A DNA stretch of 64,000 nucleotides from Octopus sinensis (Eukaryota), in assembly GCF_006345805.1 (NCBI RefSeq), contig NW_021835466.1, forward strand, positions 5,509 to 69,508, read 5' to 3'. This document shows, piece by piece, positions 63,584-64,000 of this stretch. A program made the position numbers and the translations under genes. The notes beneath the pieces are model-generated. The model was not told the origin of the DNA. It was given only the letters and a program-made list of their open reading frames with translations, and made no database searches. The first letter of the stretch is position 1, and each line of letters begins with the position of its first letter.

Positions 63584-64000
63584 AAGCATTCAGCACCAAA
63601 GCCATTCCTTTGCTTTCCCTTTATTTCTATGTAACTCCTATCATTTTCCCTCTCTCTCTCTTTCTCTCGCTCTCCAAATCGCATATTTTGTCAATTTCTT
63701 TCTTTCTGAACAAAACAGGCTCTGACAAAATTTGGAGAAGGATGGGTTGTGCTATGTTTAAAATAAAGTTTGCCTTGATGGCGCCCTGACGTCCAGGTCA
63801 GAGATTCATGACTCAAGCAAAGGCAGCATTCTGAATTTTCGTTGAAGTAACTTATAAATATTATTCTGGAATATAACAAACATAGGAATGTCGTTCTCGA
63901 TTAAATTACTCCTGTTATGTCTCAGTTCACATTGTACCAGTGGTCAGACAATGGTAGTGTAATTGCTTGGTAAATCAGCCATTTACAAAACAGTGGGAAA

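Overview
AT-rich eukaryotic DNA, almost entirely transposon relics and (TA)n/(TG)n/(ATCT)n microsatellites. The SINE families and microsatellite load suggest an octopus or other coleoid cephalopod (inference from sequence style, not a database hit). No intact host gene can be supported; there are only a few low-confidence candidate micro-exons. Recognisable content: three tRNA-derived SINE families (labelled A, B and C here), a near full-length frameshifted Tx1/L1-group LINE (25.5-29.45 kb, minus), a degenerate BEL/Pao LTR element (7.5-10.4 kb, minus), a Helitron fragment, several Tc1/mariner and hAT remnants, and TIR/fold-back MITEs. Three observations stand out. (1) Short cassettes in or beside (TA)n tracts carry hammerhead-ribozyme motifs, two of them with an intact catalytic core (19121-19210 minus; 57981-58044 plus). 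(2) A ~1.6 kb inverted duplication (56330-57980 vs 59584-61118) has a derived arm that ends exactly at one of those ribozymes, and arm plus ribozyme together are flanked by (TA)n on both sides. (3) SINE-B repeatedly inserts at GGTAY sites that match its own 3' end, including inside older SINEs and at the equivalent site of its own family, giving head-less tandem multimers.
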